The notes below the pieces were generated by a model, which saw nothing but the letters and a program-made list of their open reading frames with translations, did not search any database and had not been told where the DNA came from. Shown piece after piece: positions 13,063 through 25,515 of a stretch of DNA of 64,000 nt. The number at the start of each line of letters is the position of its first letter. Positions within the stretch are counted from its first letter, which is position 1. A program made the position numbers and the translations under genes. This DNA is from Octopus sinensis (Eukaryota): contig NC_043000.1 in the NCBI RefSeq assembly GCF_006345805.1, positions 138,384,001-138,448,000 of the forward strand. Reading direction: 5' to 3'.

Positions 13063-13295
13063 ATTTCTTTATTACCCACAAGGAAGGGGCTAAACACAGA
13101 GCGGACAAACAAGGACAGACATAGGTATTAAGTCGATTACATCGACCCCAGTGCGTAACTGGTACTTAATTTATCGACCCCGAAAGGATGAAAGGCAAAG
13201 TCGACCTCGGCGGAATTTGAACTCAGAACGTAACGGCAGACGAAATACCGCTAAGCATTTCGCCCAGCGTACTAACGTTTCTGCCAGCTTGCTGC
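13063..13295 (-). mobile_element. SINE family B, full length
   Basis: Matches 1941-2168. Confidence 0.9.
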
Positions 13296-13332
13296 CCTAT
13301 TTTCTCTCACACCACTTAGCTGTTCACCCCTT

Positions 13333-13510
13333 CTGCGTTACATTGTGAGTTCAAATTCCGCCGAGGTCAACTTCGCCTTTCATCCTTTCGGGGTCGATAA
13401 ATTAAGTACCAGTTACGCACTGGGGTCGATGTAATCGACTTAATACCTATGTCTGTCCTTGTTTGTCCCCTCTGTGTTTAGCCCCTTGTGTGTAATAAAA
13501 GAAATAGGTA
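13333..13510 (+). mobile_element. 5'-truncated SINE family B (inverted duplicate of the 12341 copy)
   Basis: Shares the diagnostic tctgcgttacattgtgag variant and the unique flank with the 12341 copy. Confidence 0.85.
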
Positions 13511-13731
13511 TGCAAACAGCTATGCTACATGGCAGTAAAACATGCGCTGTAACTGCTGAAAACATACAAAATATGTCCCAGGGAAATAAGTGTCCACATG
13601 CTAAACCTGGAAAATGTTATTATCACTATCCTTACATTCCTCATCTTCCCTTTTACTCTCATCATCATCATTATCACTGCCTTCCTCCTCATCTTAAAGT
13701 TTATTTTAGCATTTCACTAGCTGTTTTAAGT

Positions 13732-14121
13732 TAAATGGAAGCACTCCGTCGGTTACGACGACGAGGGTTCCGGTTGATCCGATCAACGGAACAGCCTGCT
13801 CGTGAAATTAACGTGTAAGTGGCTGAGCACTCCACAGACACGTGTACACTTAATGTAGTTCTCGGGGATATTCAGCGTGACACAGAGAGTGACAAGGCCG
13901 GTCCTTTGAAATACAGGTACAACAGAAACAGGAAGTAAGAGTGAGAGAAAGTTGTGGTGAAAGAGTACAGCAGGGATCACCACCATCCCCTGCCGGAGCT
14001 TCGTGGAGCTTCAGGTGTTTTCGCTCAATAAACACTCACAACGCCCGGTCTGGGAATCGAAACCGCGATCCTACGACCGCGAGTCCGCTGCCCTAACCAC
14101 TGGGCCATTGCGCCTCCACAA
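13732..14121 (-). mobile_element. Young tRNA-derived SINE family D with 11-bp TSD
   Basis: gtggaggcgcaatggcccagtggttagg...ggtttcgattccc head; CpG-rich; TSD ctgttttaagt at 13721-13731 and 14122-14132. Confidence 0.9.
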
Positions 14122-14711
14122 CTGTTTTAAGTAATGCATCTGAATTGCTGCTGTTTGATAACAAGCCTTCCATATTGTTTATAATCAAAGAAAGTAAACT
14201 CATAATTCAAATATTTACCCAGCTTTTAACAAAAGAGTAAATATATTATAAGTAAGTTCTCTTATTCAAAACATTAGTCAAAGGAGTAAGGGAAAATAAT
14301 AATAAGAGTAACAATAAAATACAAATTTAAATATAATTGATTTTATAATTGATTTTGTTGCTGTTGTTATTTTATCTGTCAAAACAAATTAGCTCAAAAT
14401 AAATATCTCATCTAAACTTTGCTTAGCAAGTAATATGCATAATTATTTAATTACTATTGTTCAGTGTTTTGCAGGATGATATTTTTCAAGAGAGGATGCA
14501 GAAGAAATTTGCCTGTTTTTCACTGGTACCATTAACTTAAATAAATAGTGTTTTGCTTTCAATAAAAAAAACAAAAAAAAAAACAAAACAAAAAAACAAA
14601 ACAACAAAATACAAAAACAAAAACACTTACCTTGAATTAAAAAATAAGATTACAAATGATTTATTAATTTAAAATTTTTTTCAATTGTGCTTCAAAATAA
14701 AACGTAAGTAT

Positions 14712-15216
14712 TCTTTTATTCTTTCACTGGTTTCAGTCATTTGACTGTGGCCATGCTGGAGCACCACCTTAAAGGTTATTTTATTTTAGTCGAAGAAACT
14801 GACCCCCAAGACATTCTTTGTAAGCCTAGTACTTATATTATCAATCTCTTTTGATGAACCACTAAGTTATGGACGTATAAACACATCAACATTGCTTGTC
14901 AAGTAATGGTGGGACACGGACACAAACACTCACATATATATGTATGTATGTATGAATGTATTTATGTATTTATTTTTTTATTTTTATCTAGTTTCAGCTC
15001 ACAAGCTGTGGCCATGCTGGGGCACCGCCATTTATGCATATATATATATATATTGCAGGCTTCTTTCAGTTTCTGTCTGCCAAATCCATTCACAAGGCTT
15101 TGGTCAGCCTGAGGCTATAGTAGAAGACACATGCCCAAGGTGACATGGAGTGAGACTGAAGCCACAGGCCATGTGGTTGGGAAGCAAGCTTCTTACCACA
15201 CAGCCACACCTGTGCA
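14712..15216 (-). mobile_element. SINE family A with an extra tail fragment in its central microsatellite
   Basis: Tail 14712-14945, inserted fragment about 14980-15030, head 15055-15216. Confidence 0.85.
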
Positions 15217-15623
15217 TAGTATATGTATATAATTCACATAAAAATGTTGTGGTTTTACTATTGTTTTTATTGTAGGTGTTTATCTCCAGACCACTTCTGA
15301 TTGAGCAGATCTGGAATTAATGATATTTGTATTCCATCCATAACAATCACCTACTCCTTCTCTTGGATGCTGTATATCTAGGACATTGTATATCAAGGCT
15401 ACTATTTCTGGTAAGGTGGCTGACCTTATAGAGATAATCTTCTTGCCTTGTAATCTTGTAAGTTGTTTGTTGTAGTTGTAGTAAGGGATACTTATGATAT
15501 TGTTACCAAGTGCCAATGTCGCAAAAGTTGCGTAGTAACGTGTAATATGAAAATATGGACAATAATTAAATTTATGGTTTAGAGTACAATATCCCATCCA
15601 AAAATAAAAGTATTATAGACTAA

Positions 15624-16020
15624 GGTGCAGGCGTGGCTGTGTGGTAAGTAGCTTGTTTACCAACCACATGGTTCCGGGTTCAGTCCCACTATGTGGCACC
15701 TTGGGCAAGTGTCTTCTACTATAGCTTCGGGCCGACCAATGCCTTGTGAGTGGATTTGGCAGACGGAAACTGAAAGAAGCCCATCATCTATATATATATA
15801 TGCATGTGTGTGTTTGTCCCCCTAGCATTGCTTGACAACCGATGCTGGTGTGTTTATGTCCCCATAACTTAGCGGTTTGGTAAAAGAGACCGATAGAATA
15901 AGTACTGGGCTTACAAAAGAATAAGTCCCGGGGTCGAGTTGCTCGATTAAAGGCGGTGCTCCAGCATGGCCACAGTCAAATGACTGAAACAAGTAAAAGA
16001 GTAAAAGAGTAAAGAGTAAA
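15624..16020 (+). mobile_element. tRNA-derived SINE family A
   Basis: tggctgtgtggta (A box), gggttcagtccc (B box), ccttgggcaagt (CORE-like), central (TA/TG)n, (gtaaaaga)n tail. Confidence 0.92.
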
Positions 16021-16029
16021 AAATATAGA

Positions 16030-16660
16030 TTATGGCTGGGAGATTACAGTGTACTTGAAGTAACTGCATTCAGCTTCCACCACAGACTCAGGATGGTTCT
16101 GGAACCTGGTGCAGACATTCCTCACTGTGTCCCTGGGAAGATCTATCTTTAAGCACCTCCTTGATCTTGGCCACCAGCTTGGTATTGGTGTTGTAAGCAG
16201 CATGGTTGATGTCTTTCTACACCATGCCCTAAATATAGCAGTCCATGGGATTACAATCAAGGGAACCAGGAAACCCTAAATTGGAGCTTGGAAAATCATA
16301 GGAATTCTCTGACAACCTAATCCAACTCTTTCTAGAAGTAAGGTAAGTAGCCGAATCCTGCTGCCACACATATGGCCTTCCAGCAGCAACCTTTTCTGAC
16401 CAGGGTTTGACAACAATCTCCAGCAGCTTCACCAAGCTATGCTTAAGGCCCTGTTCAAAGATGTAAAGAATAATTCTGACATGTGAACCCAGTCAGAACT
16501 CCTGTTGTGTCCTTTCCTACTGTTCATGGCTTTTCAGTCTACGTTGCAGCTGTCCATGTCTTAAAATGTGTACAGTGTTCACAGAGCATTGAGCAACAGT
16601 CATGATATTGGAATTTTTTATATCTGAGAAAAATCCTCATGATAGAGGTAAATCTTTTCC
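16030..16660 (-). pseudogene. Internally deleted Tc1/mariner-superfamily transposase remnant
   Basis: VKLLEIVVKPWSEKVAAGRPYVWQQDSA...CNPMDCYI...DLPRDTVRNVCTRFQNHPESVVEAECSYF (QQDxAPxH and SPDLNPxD-type motifs) with stops and frameshifts; N-terminal piece upstream. Confidence 0.85.
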
Positions 16661-17109
16661 ATTATTTAAATGGCTTCCAGTCATTCATGTCAGCTAACTT
16701 TTTCTCAACTACAGTGTTAATATTTATGTTCTCCAATGCCATTGACTGTTCACCAATATGTCAAGCTGTTATTGAGGCACACCAACAAAATCATGAAGTC
16801 AGCTGTGAAGAAAATATGTGAATTTTTGATACTGTAGTTATGAGTTCATGTTATGATAACAAGACATCACAGATTACACTACACTGGCCTCGAAAAGAGG
16901 TGGGGCAAGATTTTAGCAGAGAGAAAACAATGAGACGTATTAAACACTTTAAACCCAAACAACCTTTCTCACAAATATGCACTCAAATATGATTGCTGAC
17001 CTGCTGTTTACAGCATCATATACTTAATGCAACTTTACCACAACCATTCTGCCAGCTCACTGCCTTACCATCTGTGTATATTAGATGCATCTGGCAGTTT
17101 GTTGTGCTT

Positions 17110-17510
17110 AAGAAGATGCCAGGCTAAGTAAAAGGGTGGTTGTCCATGCATACAGGCTTGGCCTCTGCATCCTTTGCCAGCTGAGTATTCCTAATCTTGT
17201 GGGTTTGTGGGTACTGGTGCCACGTATAAAGCACCTGTACTGGTACCACATAAATGCAGCCAAGCTGGTGCTGCATAAAAGCATCCAGTACATTCTATAA
17301 AGTAGTTGGCATTAGGAAGAGCATCCAGCCATATAAACCATACCAAAACAGACACAGAGCTTGGACGGCTCTTCAGCTGGGCAGCTCCTGTCAAACCCAT
17401 GCCAGCATGGAAAACAGACATTGAATGATTACGATGATGATAATGATGATGATGTTGATGATGATGATAATGATGATGATAATGATGATGATGATGACGA
17501 CGACGACGAC
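17110..17510 (+). mobile_element. Family-C retroposon with (GAT)n tail
   Basis: Homologous to 5335-5640. Confidence 0.8.
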
Positions 17511-17544
17511 GGCTTTTAGAAGGCTTAATGCTTTTCATTCTTCT

Positions 17545-17774
17545 ATCTTTTACTTGTTTCAGCCATTTGATTGCGACCGTGCTGGGGCATCAACTTGAAG
17601 GGTTTTTAGTTTAACAAATCAACCCCAGGACTTATTATTATGATTTAAAGCCTGGTAAATATTCTATTGGTATCTTTTGCTGAACTGCTAAGTTATGGAG
17701 ACATAAACACACCAACAACTGGTTGCCAAACAATGGTGGGGGACAAACACAGTCACAAAAATACACACACATAG

Positions 17775-17810
<36 letters not shown>

Positions 17811-18180
17811 TGCTATATATACATATATATTTCTTTATTGCCCACAAGGGGCTAAACATAGAGGGGACAAACAAGGACAGACATAGGTATTAAGTCGATT
17901 ACATCGACTCCAGTGCATAACTGGTACTTAATTTATTGACCCCGAAAGGATGAAAGGCAAAGTCGACCTCAGCGGAATTTGAACTCTATATATACATATA
18001 TATATATATGACAAGCTTCTTTCAGTTTCTGTCTACCAAATCCACTCACAAGGCATTAGTTGGCCCAAGGCTAAAGCTGAAGACACTTGTCCACAGTAGG
18101 ATTGAAGTCACACAGTAGTACTGAACCCAGAACCATGTGGTTGAGAAGCAAACTTCTTACCACATTGCGATGCCTGCACC
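17545..18180 (-). mobile_element. SINE family A with nested family-B fragment (17829-17986)
   Basis: A tail half, (TA)n, truncated B, (TA)n, A head half. Confidence 0.85.
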
Positions 18181-18219
18181 TAATGTTGTGGAATTGTCTG
18201 AGATAAAATCTTTCCCTAT

Positions 18220-18445
18220 CATCATCATCCTCATCATCATCGTTTAACGTCCGCTTTCCATGCTAGCATGGGTTGGATGATTTAACTGAGGAGTGGCGAA
18301 CCAGATGGCTGCACCAGGCTCTAATCTGATCTGGCAGAGTTTCTGCAGCTGGATGCCCTTCCTAATGCCAACCACTCTGAGAGTGTAGTGGATGCTTTTA
18401 CGTGCCACTGGCATGAGGGCCAGTCAGGCGGCACTGGCAACAGCT
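18220..18445 (-). mobile_element. Family-C retroposon
   Basis: (cat)n cgtttaacgtccgc...ctggatgcccttcctaa. Confidence 0.85.
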
Positions 18446-18454
18446 ATGAAAAAT

Positions 18455-18805
18455 ACTCTTTACTCTTTTACTCTTTTACTTGTTTCAGTCTTTTGACTGT
18501 GATCATGCTGGAGCACCGCCTTTAGTCGTGCAAATCGACTCCGGGACTTATTCTTTGTAAGCCCAGTACTTATTCTATCGGTCTCTTTTGCCGAACCGCT
18601 AAGTGACGGGGACGTAAACACACCAGCATCGGTTGTCAAGCAATGCTAGGGGGACAAACACAGACACACAAACACACACACACATATATATATATATATA
18701 CATATATACGACAGGCTTCTTTCAGTTTCCCTCTACCAAATCCACTCACAAGGCATTGGTCGGCCCGGGGCTATAGCAGAAGACACTTGCCCAAGATGCC
18801 ACGAA
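18455..18805 (-). mobile_element. SINE family A, 5'-truncated
   Basis: Consensus match ending at gatgccacg. Confidence 0.9.
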
Positions 18806-19499
18806 AATGGTCGTTTTCTTTTCTTTTTTCTTTTTTCTTTTTTCTTTTTTCTTTTTTCTTTTTTCTTTTTTTATTTTTACGTGTCACCTGCACACCAGCA
18901 CAAGAGCCAGTAAGGCAACGCTGAACATAATAACTGAAGAATATTTCCTGAGAAAGTTACCAATTAATTTTATTAATTTTTTTAAAGTGTATTTTTGATC
19001 TGTGTGTACAGCAAAAATTAACTAGTAATTATTCTTCATTTTTATTTACATTTTAAACCACAGACACACAGAATGGGTTAAATGTTAATTTTTTTTTTAT
19101 TTAAACACTACAAAAAAATGGATTCTTGAGGATTATTGATTTTTTTCAAAATGGGTCAAAGAGAATATATTGATTTTCCAAATTGGATTGTGATGGGAAA
19201 AGTTAAGGAATCACAGATCTAAAGGTACTGATTTAGTTTTATCTTCTTTTCTTATTTTGTTAAACACAGTTATAATGATGACTTTTCATATTAGTCCAAG
19301 GTTATGAATTTGTGGGTACATACTGCATTTCTCCTGGTTTTAGAATAGGTACATTGTTTTCTTCCATATTGAAAGAAGGTACTAGAAGAGATAGGAAGAG
19401 GAAGGCCATTGAATTTGAAAACACTGCCCCCAAAAAGCTACCGAGCCCATGCTAGATGTTGATGATAGGGATAATGATACAATTTGTGGTAGAAGGATA

Positions 19500-19724
19500 T
19501 ACTCTTTACTCTTTTACTCTTTTACTTGTTTCAGTCATTTTGACTGCGACCATGCTGGAGCACCGCCTTTAATCGAGCAACTCGACCCCGGGACTTATTC
19601 TTTTTGTAAGCCCAGTACTTTTTCTATCGGTCTCTTTTGCCAAACTGCTAAGTAATGGGGACATAAGCACACCAGCATCGGCTGTCAAGCAATGCTAGGG
19701 GGACAAACACAGACACACAAACAA

Positions 19725-19773
<49 letters not shown>

Positions 19774-19928
19774 TACGACAGGCTTCTTTCAGTTTCCGTC
19801 TACCAAATCCACACACAAGGCATTGGTCGGCCCGGGGCTATAGCAGAAGACACTTGCCCAAGATGCCACGCAGTGGGACTGAACCTGGAACCATTTGGTT
19901 GGTTAGCAAGTTACTTACCACACAGCCG
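19500..19928 (-). mobile_element. SINE family A
   Basis: Near-full consensus match. Confidence 0.92.
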
Positions 19929-19985
19929 TAAATTAATTGACCAAAGTATTTGTCTGTGTTTTTTTTAAACCATATTATTTTGCAT

Positions 19986-20310
19986 GAAGGCACATGGCTT
20001 AGTGGTTACGGTATTCAACTCATGATTGTAAGGTCTTGAGTTCAATTCCTGGTGATACATTGTGTCCTTGAGCAAGACACTTTATTTCATGTTGCTCCAA
20101 TCCACTCAGCTGGCAAAAATGAGTAGTAGCTGTATTTCAAAGAGCCAGCATTTTCACATTCTGTGTCATACTGAATCTCACTGAGGACTATGTTAAGAGT
20201 ACAGTTGTCTGTGGAGTGCTCAGCCACTTGCGTGTTAATTTCATGAGCAGGCTATTCCATTGTTTGGATCAACTAGAATCCTCATCATCATAACTGATAG
20301 AGTGCCATCT
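19986..20310 (+). mobile_element. tRNA-derived SINE family F (CORE-like body, D-type tail)
   Basis: ttagtggtta/gagttcaattcc head, tgtccttgagcaagacac motif; tail gtctgtggagtgctcagccactt shared with family D. Confidence 0.8.
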
Positions 20311-20429
20311 TTTTTTGAGTACAGTGCAATCTCAAATGTAATGCAAATCCTACATTTTGTTCCTCAAAGTCAATAAAATTTTATTCCCTTACCTTATTTT
20401 TACATTCATGCATAATTCTGCACATGAAT

Positions 20430-20840
20430 TAACTCTCTTTACTCTTTTACTCTTTTATTTGTTTCAGTCATTTGACTGCGGCCATACTGGAGCACCACCT
20501 TTAATCGAGCAACTCAACCCCGGGACTTATTCTTTCGTAAGTCCAGTACTTATTTTATCGGTCTCTTTTTGCCAAACCGCTAAGTAACAGGGACATAAAC
20601 ACACCAGCATCGGTTGTCAAGCAATGCTAGGGGGACAAACACAAACATACACACACACACACATATGCATATATATACATATGTACGACGGGCTTCTATC
20701 AGTTTCCATCTACCAAATCCACTCACAAGGCTTTGGTCGGCCCGAGGCTATAGTAGAAGACACTTACCCAATGTGCCACGCAGTGGGACTGAACCCAGAA
20801 CCATGTGGTTTGGGAAACAAGTTACTTACCACACAGCCAC
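20430..20840 (-). mobile_element. SINE family A
   Basis: Near-full consensus match. Confidence 0.9.
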
Positions 20841-21159
20841 TTTTTTTTTATTTTTTATTTTATTTTTTTTGGGGGTTTGTGCTAAGAAAAGTAAAAACAT
20901 CCAACTATAGAATCTATGCCAAAGACTGGGATGTATGAGGAAGATGTGGTCCTTCAATGCTGCTAGGTGGGCATTAACTCCAAATAAGAACCAACTCAGT
21001 CCATGAAAACTCATCCAGTCTATGTCAGAATTAAAAGATTAAAATGATAATGACATTTTGTACTAAATTTGCAGTACAGATGGTAAACCAGTAGCCTCAG
21101 TGGGACTTAAACACCCAATATAAAGGTTTTTTAATTTATTTATTTATGCTTTCTTTTCA

Positions 21160-21438
21160 AGCCTAGCCAGGCTCATGTGCCCAGTTTCTGTGTCATATGT
21201 GTTCCCCCAGCTGGACAGGACGCCAGTCCATCGCAGTGTTACTCAAGAAACAGGAAGAAAGAGTGGAAGTTGGGGCAAAAGCGTTAATCAGGGGTCGCTA
21301 CCACCTCTGCCGGAGGCTTGTGGAGCTTTTAGGTGTTTTCACTCAGTAAACACACACAATGCCCAGTCTGGGAATTGAAACCACAATCCTCTGACCATGA
21401 GTCTGCTGCCCTAACCACTGGGCCATTGCGCCTCCACT
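21160..21438 (-). mobile_element. SINE with D-type head and E-like tail
   Basis: ctaaccactgggccattgcgcctccac matches the family-D head; 3' part resembles family E. Confidence 0.8.
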
Positions 21439-22058
21439 AATATAAGGGTACAGAACTAAAGGTACTCTCAACCAATCTGGATATATTACTATTATAAATC
21501 TATTGTAATATGTTAAACCTCGAACTTTTGATTATGGAATAAATTACTTAAGATTATATTGTGAAACAGTAACTGAATTGGTTTTGGTAATCAAATAATT
21601 ACCTAAATGGATCTATTGCAAATTTTCCTCTCTGATATACGTTTGTACTTGTTTAGTTTGACTTTGAAAATAATTTGCCAGCTTGTTAATTCAACAAATA
21701 TAAAATATATGAGTTCTCTTGCCTGTTTGAAGAATTACTCTAATAGAATAACATTCCTGATGCTCGTGAATTTGGCTTAATTCCATGGTTGGTGTCATTT
21801 TAGCAAAGCGAACAGTATTGTCTTTTATTGTAATGGATTAATCTGTAAATGAACTCATGTTTGCATTCCTAGGGAATCAATTTGAAAGTATTTGGGCTAA
21901 TACAAATGACTTCATACCTAATAATGAATCACAACAAACAGAGGTGGTAGTCACAGCGATGACGATAATGATGACGATGATGATGGTGATGATGATGATA
22001 ACATTGGTGTTATGAGGCGAGAGAAAAAGGATGATAGTATAAAATGCTTTGGAGTGAA

Positions 22059-22090
<32 letters not shown>

Positions 22091-22689
22091 GAAGAAAGAA
22101 AGAGAGAAAATGATTAAACATTTCAGCAGTTACTTTTTATAAATTGATTTTGTTAATACATTTTTTTGATGTTATCATCGTTCTTGCAGTTTTGTAGCAA
22201 GAGTCAGCTTTGATCTGGTGGAGGGCAACAATTTGTACGTTTAGAGATGATGAGTTGTGTTAATCTGGCCTGGTATGTTGGATTGCCTGGTAATATTAAT
22301 TGACGTGTAGCTATTTTTCCGAGGAAGGTTGATGAAAGAAAGTAACAGCTAAATATTGGAGTCAGTATAATTGGCTGGCAGATCCACCTCATAGATTTAT
22401 GATCTTGCACTTGTTTGAATTTCAGAGTAGTTTTAAATCAACGTTTTTAATGTGGCATAAATTGGATTATATTCACAATCATTTATGACTGCAAACATGT
22501 TTATGAAGGTTCTATACAGGTCAGTCAGGGGTAAATGAATTAAGACATTTGTCAGCAGGATTTTATCTGTTAAAACACTGAATTTGACCTAAGTACATGT
22601 GCAATTTCGTGAGGTGTCAATACTGGAGTGATATGTTGCTAAATTCTGTTTTCTACATGCATATATAACTGGCATTACGTTGGTTGTAG

Positions 22690-23000
22690 CAACATGGGTT
22701 CCAGTTAATATGATCAATGGAGCAGCCAGTTTGTGAAATTAATAATTAATGTGCTAGTGGCTGAGTACTCCACAAACATGTGCGCCCTTAACATAGTTCT
22801 CAGGGACGTTCAGCATGATACAGAGTGTGAAAAGGCTGGCCCTTTGAAATGCAGCTGCTACTCATTTTTGCCAGCTGAGTGGATTGGAGCAACATGAAAT
22901 AAAGTGTCTTGCTCAAGGACACAATGTATCACCAGGAATTGAACTCATGACCTTATGATCACAAGCTTAATACCCTAACCACTAAGCTATGTGCCTTTAT
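22690..23000 (-). mobile_element. SINE family F
   Basis: Reverse-complement homolog of 19986-20310. Confidence 0.8.
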
Positions 23001-23730
23001 ATGCATATATATGTAGATTACTGCTGCAGGTTGCATCTATCAACTCAGAGGTATTTGTATCTATGCTGGAATGGGTTGCAGAGTTTGATAGGAGCGGGCA
23101 AGCCTGAGAACTGCGCCAAGCTCCACTTTGGCTACCTCTAATGAGCAGACTTATATAACCGGATTGTTACCTAACACTCCATCATATTTTTTTTAACAAA
23201 ACCGATTGGTAAGACCAGCCGTAATGGATACTTAATACTATAAAATTTGGATAATATATACGTATATATATATGCATGTGTGTGTATATATATATATAAT
23301 ATATATATAGATATATATAATATATATTCATATATTTATATTATATATTTATATATACACACACAAATGCACATACATACATACACACATACATTCATAT
23401 ATACATGTATCAAATTTCAATGTTGTTCAATTTTCACATTTTGTTTGTTTGTATTTTTCTGTTTTACCTGTCCTTCTATGTTTCATAACAACCTCAGGTA
23501 CAGGTATACCTAACAGCATTAACAAACTAGATTACAGTAGTGTACAGTAATAAGCATGATTTGAAGATCAGGTATTGGTGAGGACATGCATCTTTATAAG
23601 ATCTACATCCATTGTAATGCAGCAAGGATTTTTTGTAATTACCATTATATTGAGAAATGGTAACTTCATATTGATCATCACCTTGTGAATTTAGGAGACT
23701 TACAGAGAGCACTTGAAAAAAAAAAATCTA

Positions 23731-24345
23731 GGCATAGGAGTGGCTGTGTGATAAGTAGCTTGCTTATGAACCACATGGTTCTGGGTTCAGTCCCACTGCA
23801 TGGCACCTTGGGCAAGTGTCTTCTACTATAGCCTCGGGTCAACCAAAGCCTTGTGAGTGGATTTGGTAGACGGAAACTGAAAGAAACCTGTCACATATAT
23901 CATCATCATCATCATCATCATCATTTAGCGTCCGCTTTCCATGCTAGCATGGGTTGGACAGTTCAACTGGGGTCTGTGAAGCCAGAAGGCTGCATCAGGC
24001 CCAGTCTGATCTGGCAGTGTTTCTACGGCTGGATGCCCTTCCTAACGCCAACCACTCCATGAGTGTAGTGGGTGCTTTTTACGTGCCACCCGCACGTAAT
24101 ATATATATATATATGTATATATATGTATGTGTGTGTATATGTTTGTGTGTCTGTGTTTGTCCCCCCAACATCACTTGACAACTGATGCTGGTGTCTTTAC
24201 ATCCCCGTAACTTAGCGGTTCGGCAAAAGAGACCGATAGAATAAGTATTAGGCTTACAAAGAATAAGTACTGGGGTCGATTTGCTCGACTAAAGGTGGTG
24301 CTCCAGCATGGCCACAATCAAATGACTGAAACAAGTAAAGGAGAG
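23731..24345 (+). mobile_element. SINE family A with nested antisense family C (23897-24095)
   Basis: A head, C(-) inside the central microsatellite, A tail. Confidence 0.88.
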
Positions 24346-24620
24346 ATAACTGTTTTCAAATTTCTTTGAAATCCATAAAGAAGATGAATATTGCAAAATT
24401 GCCATTCCTCATTATAATTGTAATTAAAAAATAATATCAATATCACAATGAATATCCGTCATAAAGACAGATAGACATCAACAGCTGAACTTAAAATCAT
24501 GTTGTCTGGCTCTTACAAAACATTACATTACATATCATACTGTCTAGACAGGAAAATTTGTGCTGTCATTGATGATGTAGATACCAGAGACAAATGACTC
24601 ATGGAACTCAAGGGATTTCT

Positions 24621-24850
24621 TATTTCTTTACAGCCCACAAGGGGCTACACAGAGAGGGGACTAACAAGGACAGACAAATGGATTAAATCGATTATATCGA
24701 CCCCAGTGCATAACTGGTACTTATTTTAATCGACCCCGAAAGGATGAAAGGCAAAGTCGACCTCGGCGGAATTTGAACTCAGAACGTAACGACAGACGAA
24801 ATACTGCTAAGCATTTCCCCTGGCATGCTAACGTTTCTGCCAGCTTGCTC
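24621..24850 (-). mobile_element. SINE family B with 12-bp TSD
   Basis: TSD caagggatttct at 24609-24620 and 24851-24862. Confidence 0.9.
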
Positions 24851-25099
24851 CAAGGGATTTCTACTCAAAAAATAATTTCAAAACCCTCAACACCTGTTTA
24901 GAAAATGGTACAAAAGAGGCAAAGCAAATGCTTATAGAACAACTTAGAGCAACCCAAGAAAGGGGACTGCAAGTCATTTGTTCAAATTTCATCAACAAAT
25001 TAAGTAGCTCAGCACTTCCAAAGCTAGTTCCAAAGAAAATGCTTTTATTTGACAGGACATTAGAGTTAGTGACTGGAAGAGCCTCTGGCTATAAAAGAA

Positions 25100-25350
25100 T
25101 GCTTTGTGCCGGTGGCACGTAAAATACACCAATCCGACCATGGCCGTTGCTGGCCTCGCCTGGCACCTGTGCAGGTGGCACGTAAAAAGCATCCACTACA
25201 CTCACGGAGTGGTTGGCGTTAGGAAGGGCATCCAGCTGTAGAAACATTGCCAGATAAGACTGGAGCCTGGTGCAGCCTTCTGGCTTCCCAGATCCCTGGT
25301 CGAACCGTCAAACACATGCTAGCATGGAGAACGGACGTTAAACGATGATG
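25100..25350 (+). mobile_element. Family-C retroposon
   Basis: gtggcacgtaaaa units, ggcgttaggaagggcatccagc, (gat)n tail. Confidence 0.88.
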
Positions 25351-25515
25351 ATGGTCTGGTGAAAAGTTCATAGGCTGATCAAGATACTCTCATGGAATGT
25401 AACCAAATGAGGTTTGTTTTTCAACACAATCTCCCTTGCAGTCCATACACTTCTTTTATTGGTGATGCAGTTCGTGGATTCCATTGTTGAAGAAGCTTTG
25501 TGGATTGGTGTAATT
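25345..25515 (-). mobile_element. Mariner (DD34D-type) 3' end remnant with right TIR
   Basis: Minus strand QSFFNNGIHELHHQ*KKCMDCKGDCVEK, a typical mariner C-terminus, followed by TIR-like cagcctatgaacttttca. Confidence 0.75.

Noticed and set aside
13990-14121. tRNA genes at SINE heads
   Set aside because: A/B boxes continue into SINE bodies; no complete cloverleaf or terminator.
15276-15410. Exon with strong acceptor and donor; 105-aa antisense ORF
   Set aside because: All + frames have stops (at most UTR, non-coding or a short terminal VFISRPLLIEQIWN*); the antisense ORF is unrecognised.
22200-22400. Promoter (TGACGT and ATTGG motifs) or 68-aa ORF
   Set aside because: Short motifs occur by chance; no CpG island or linked exon.
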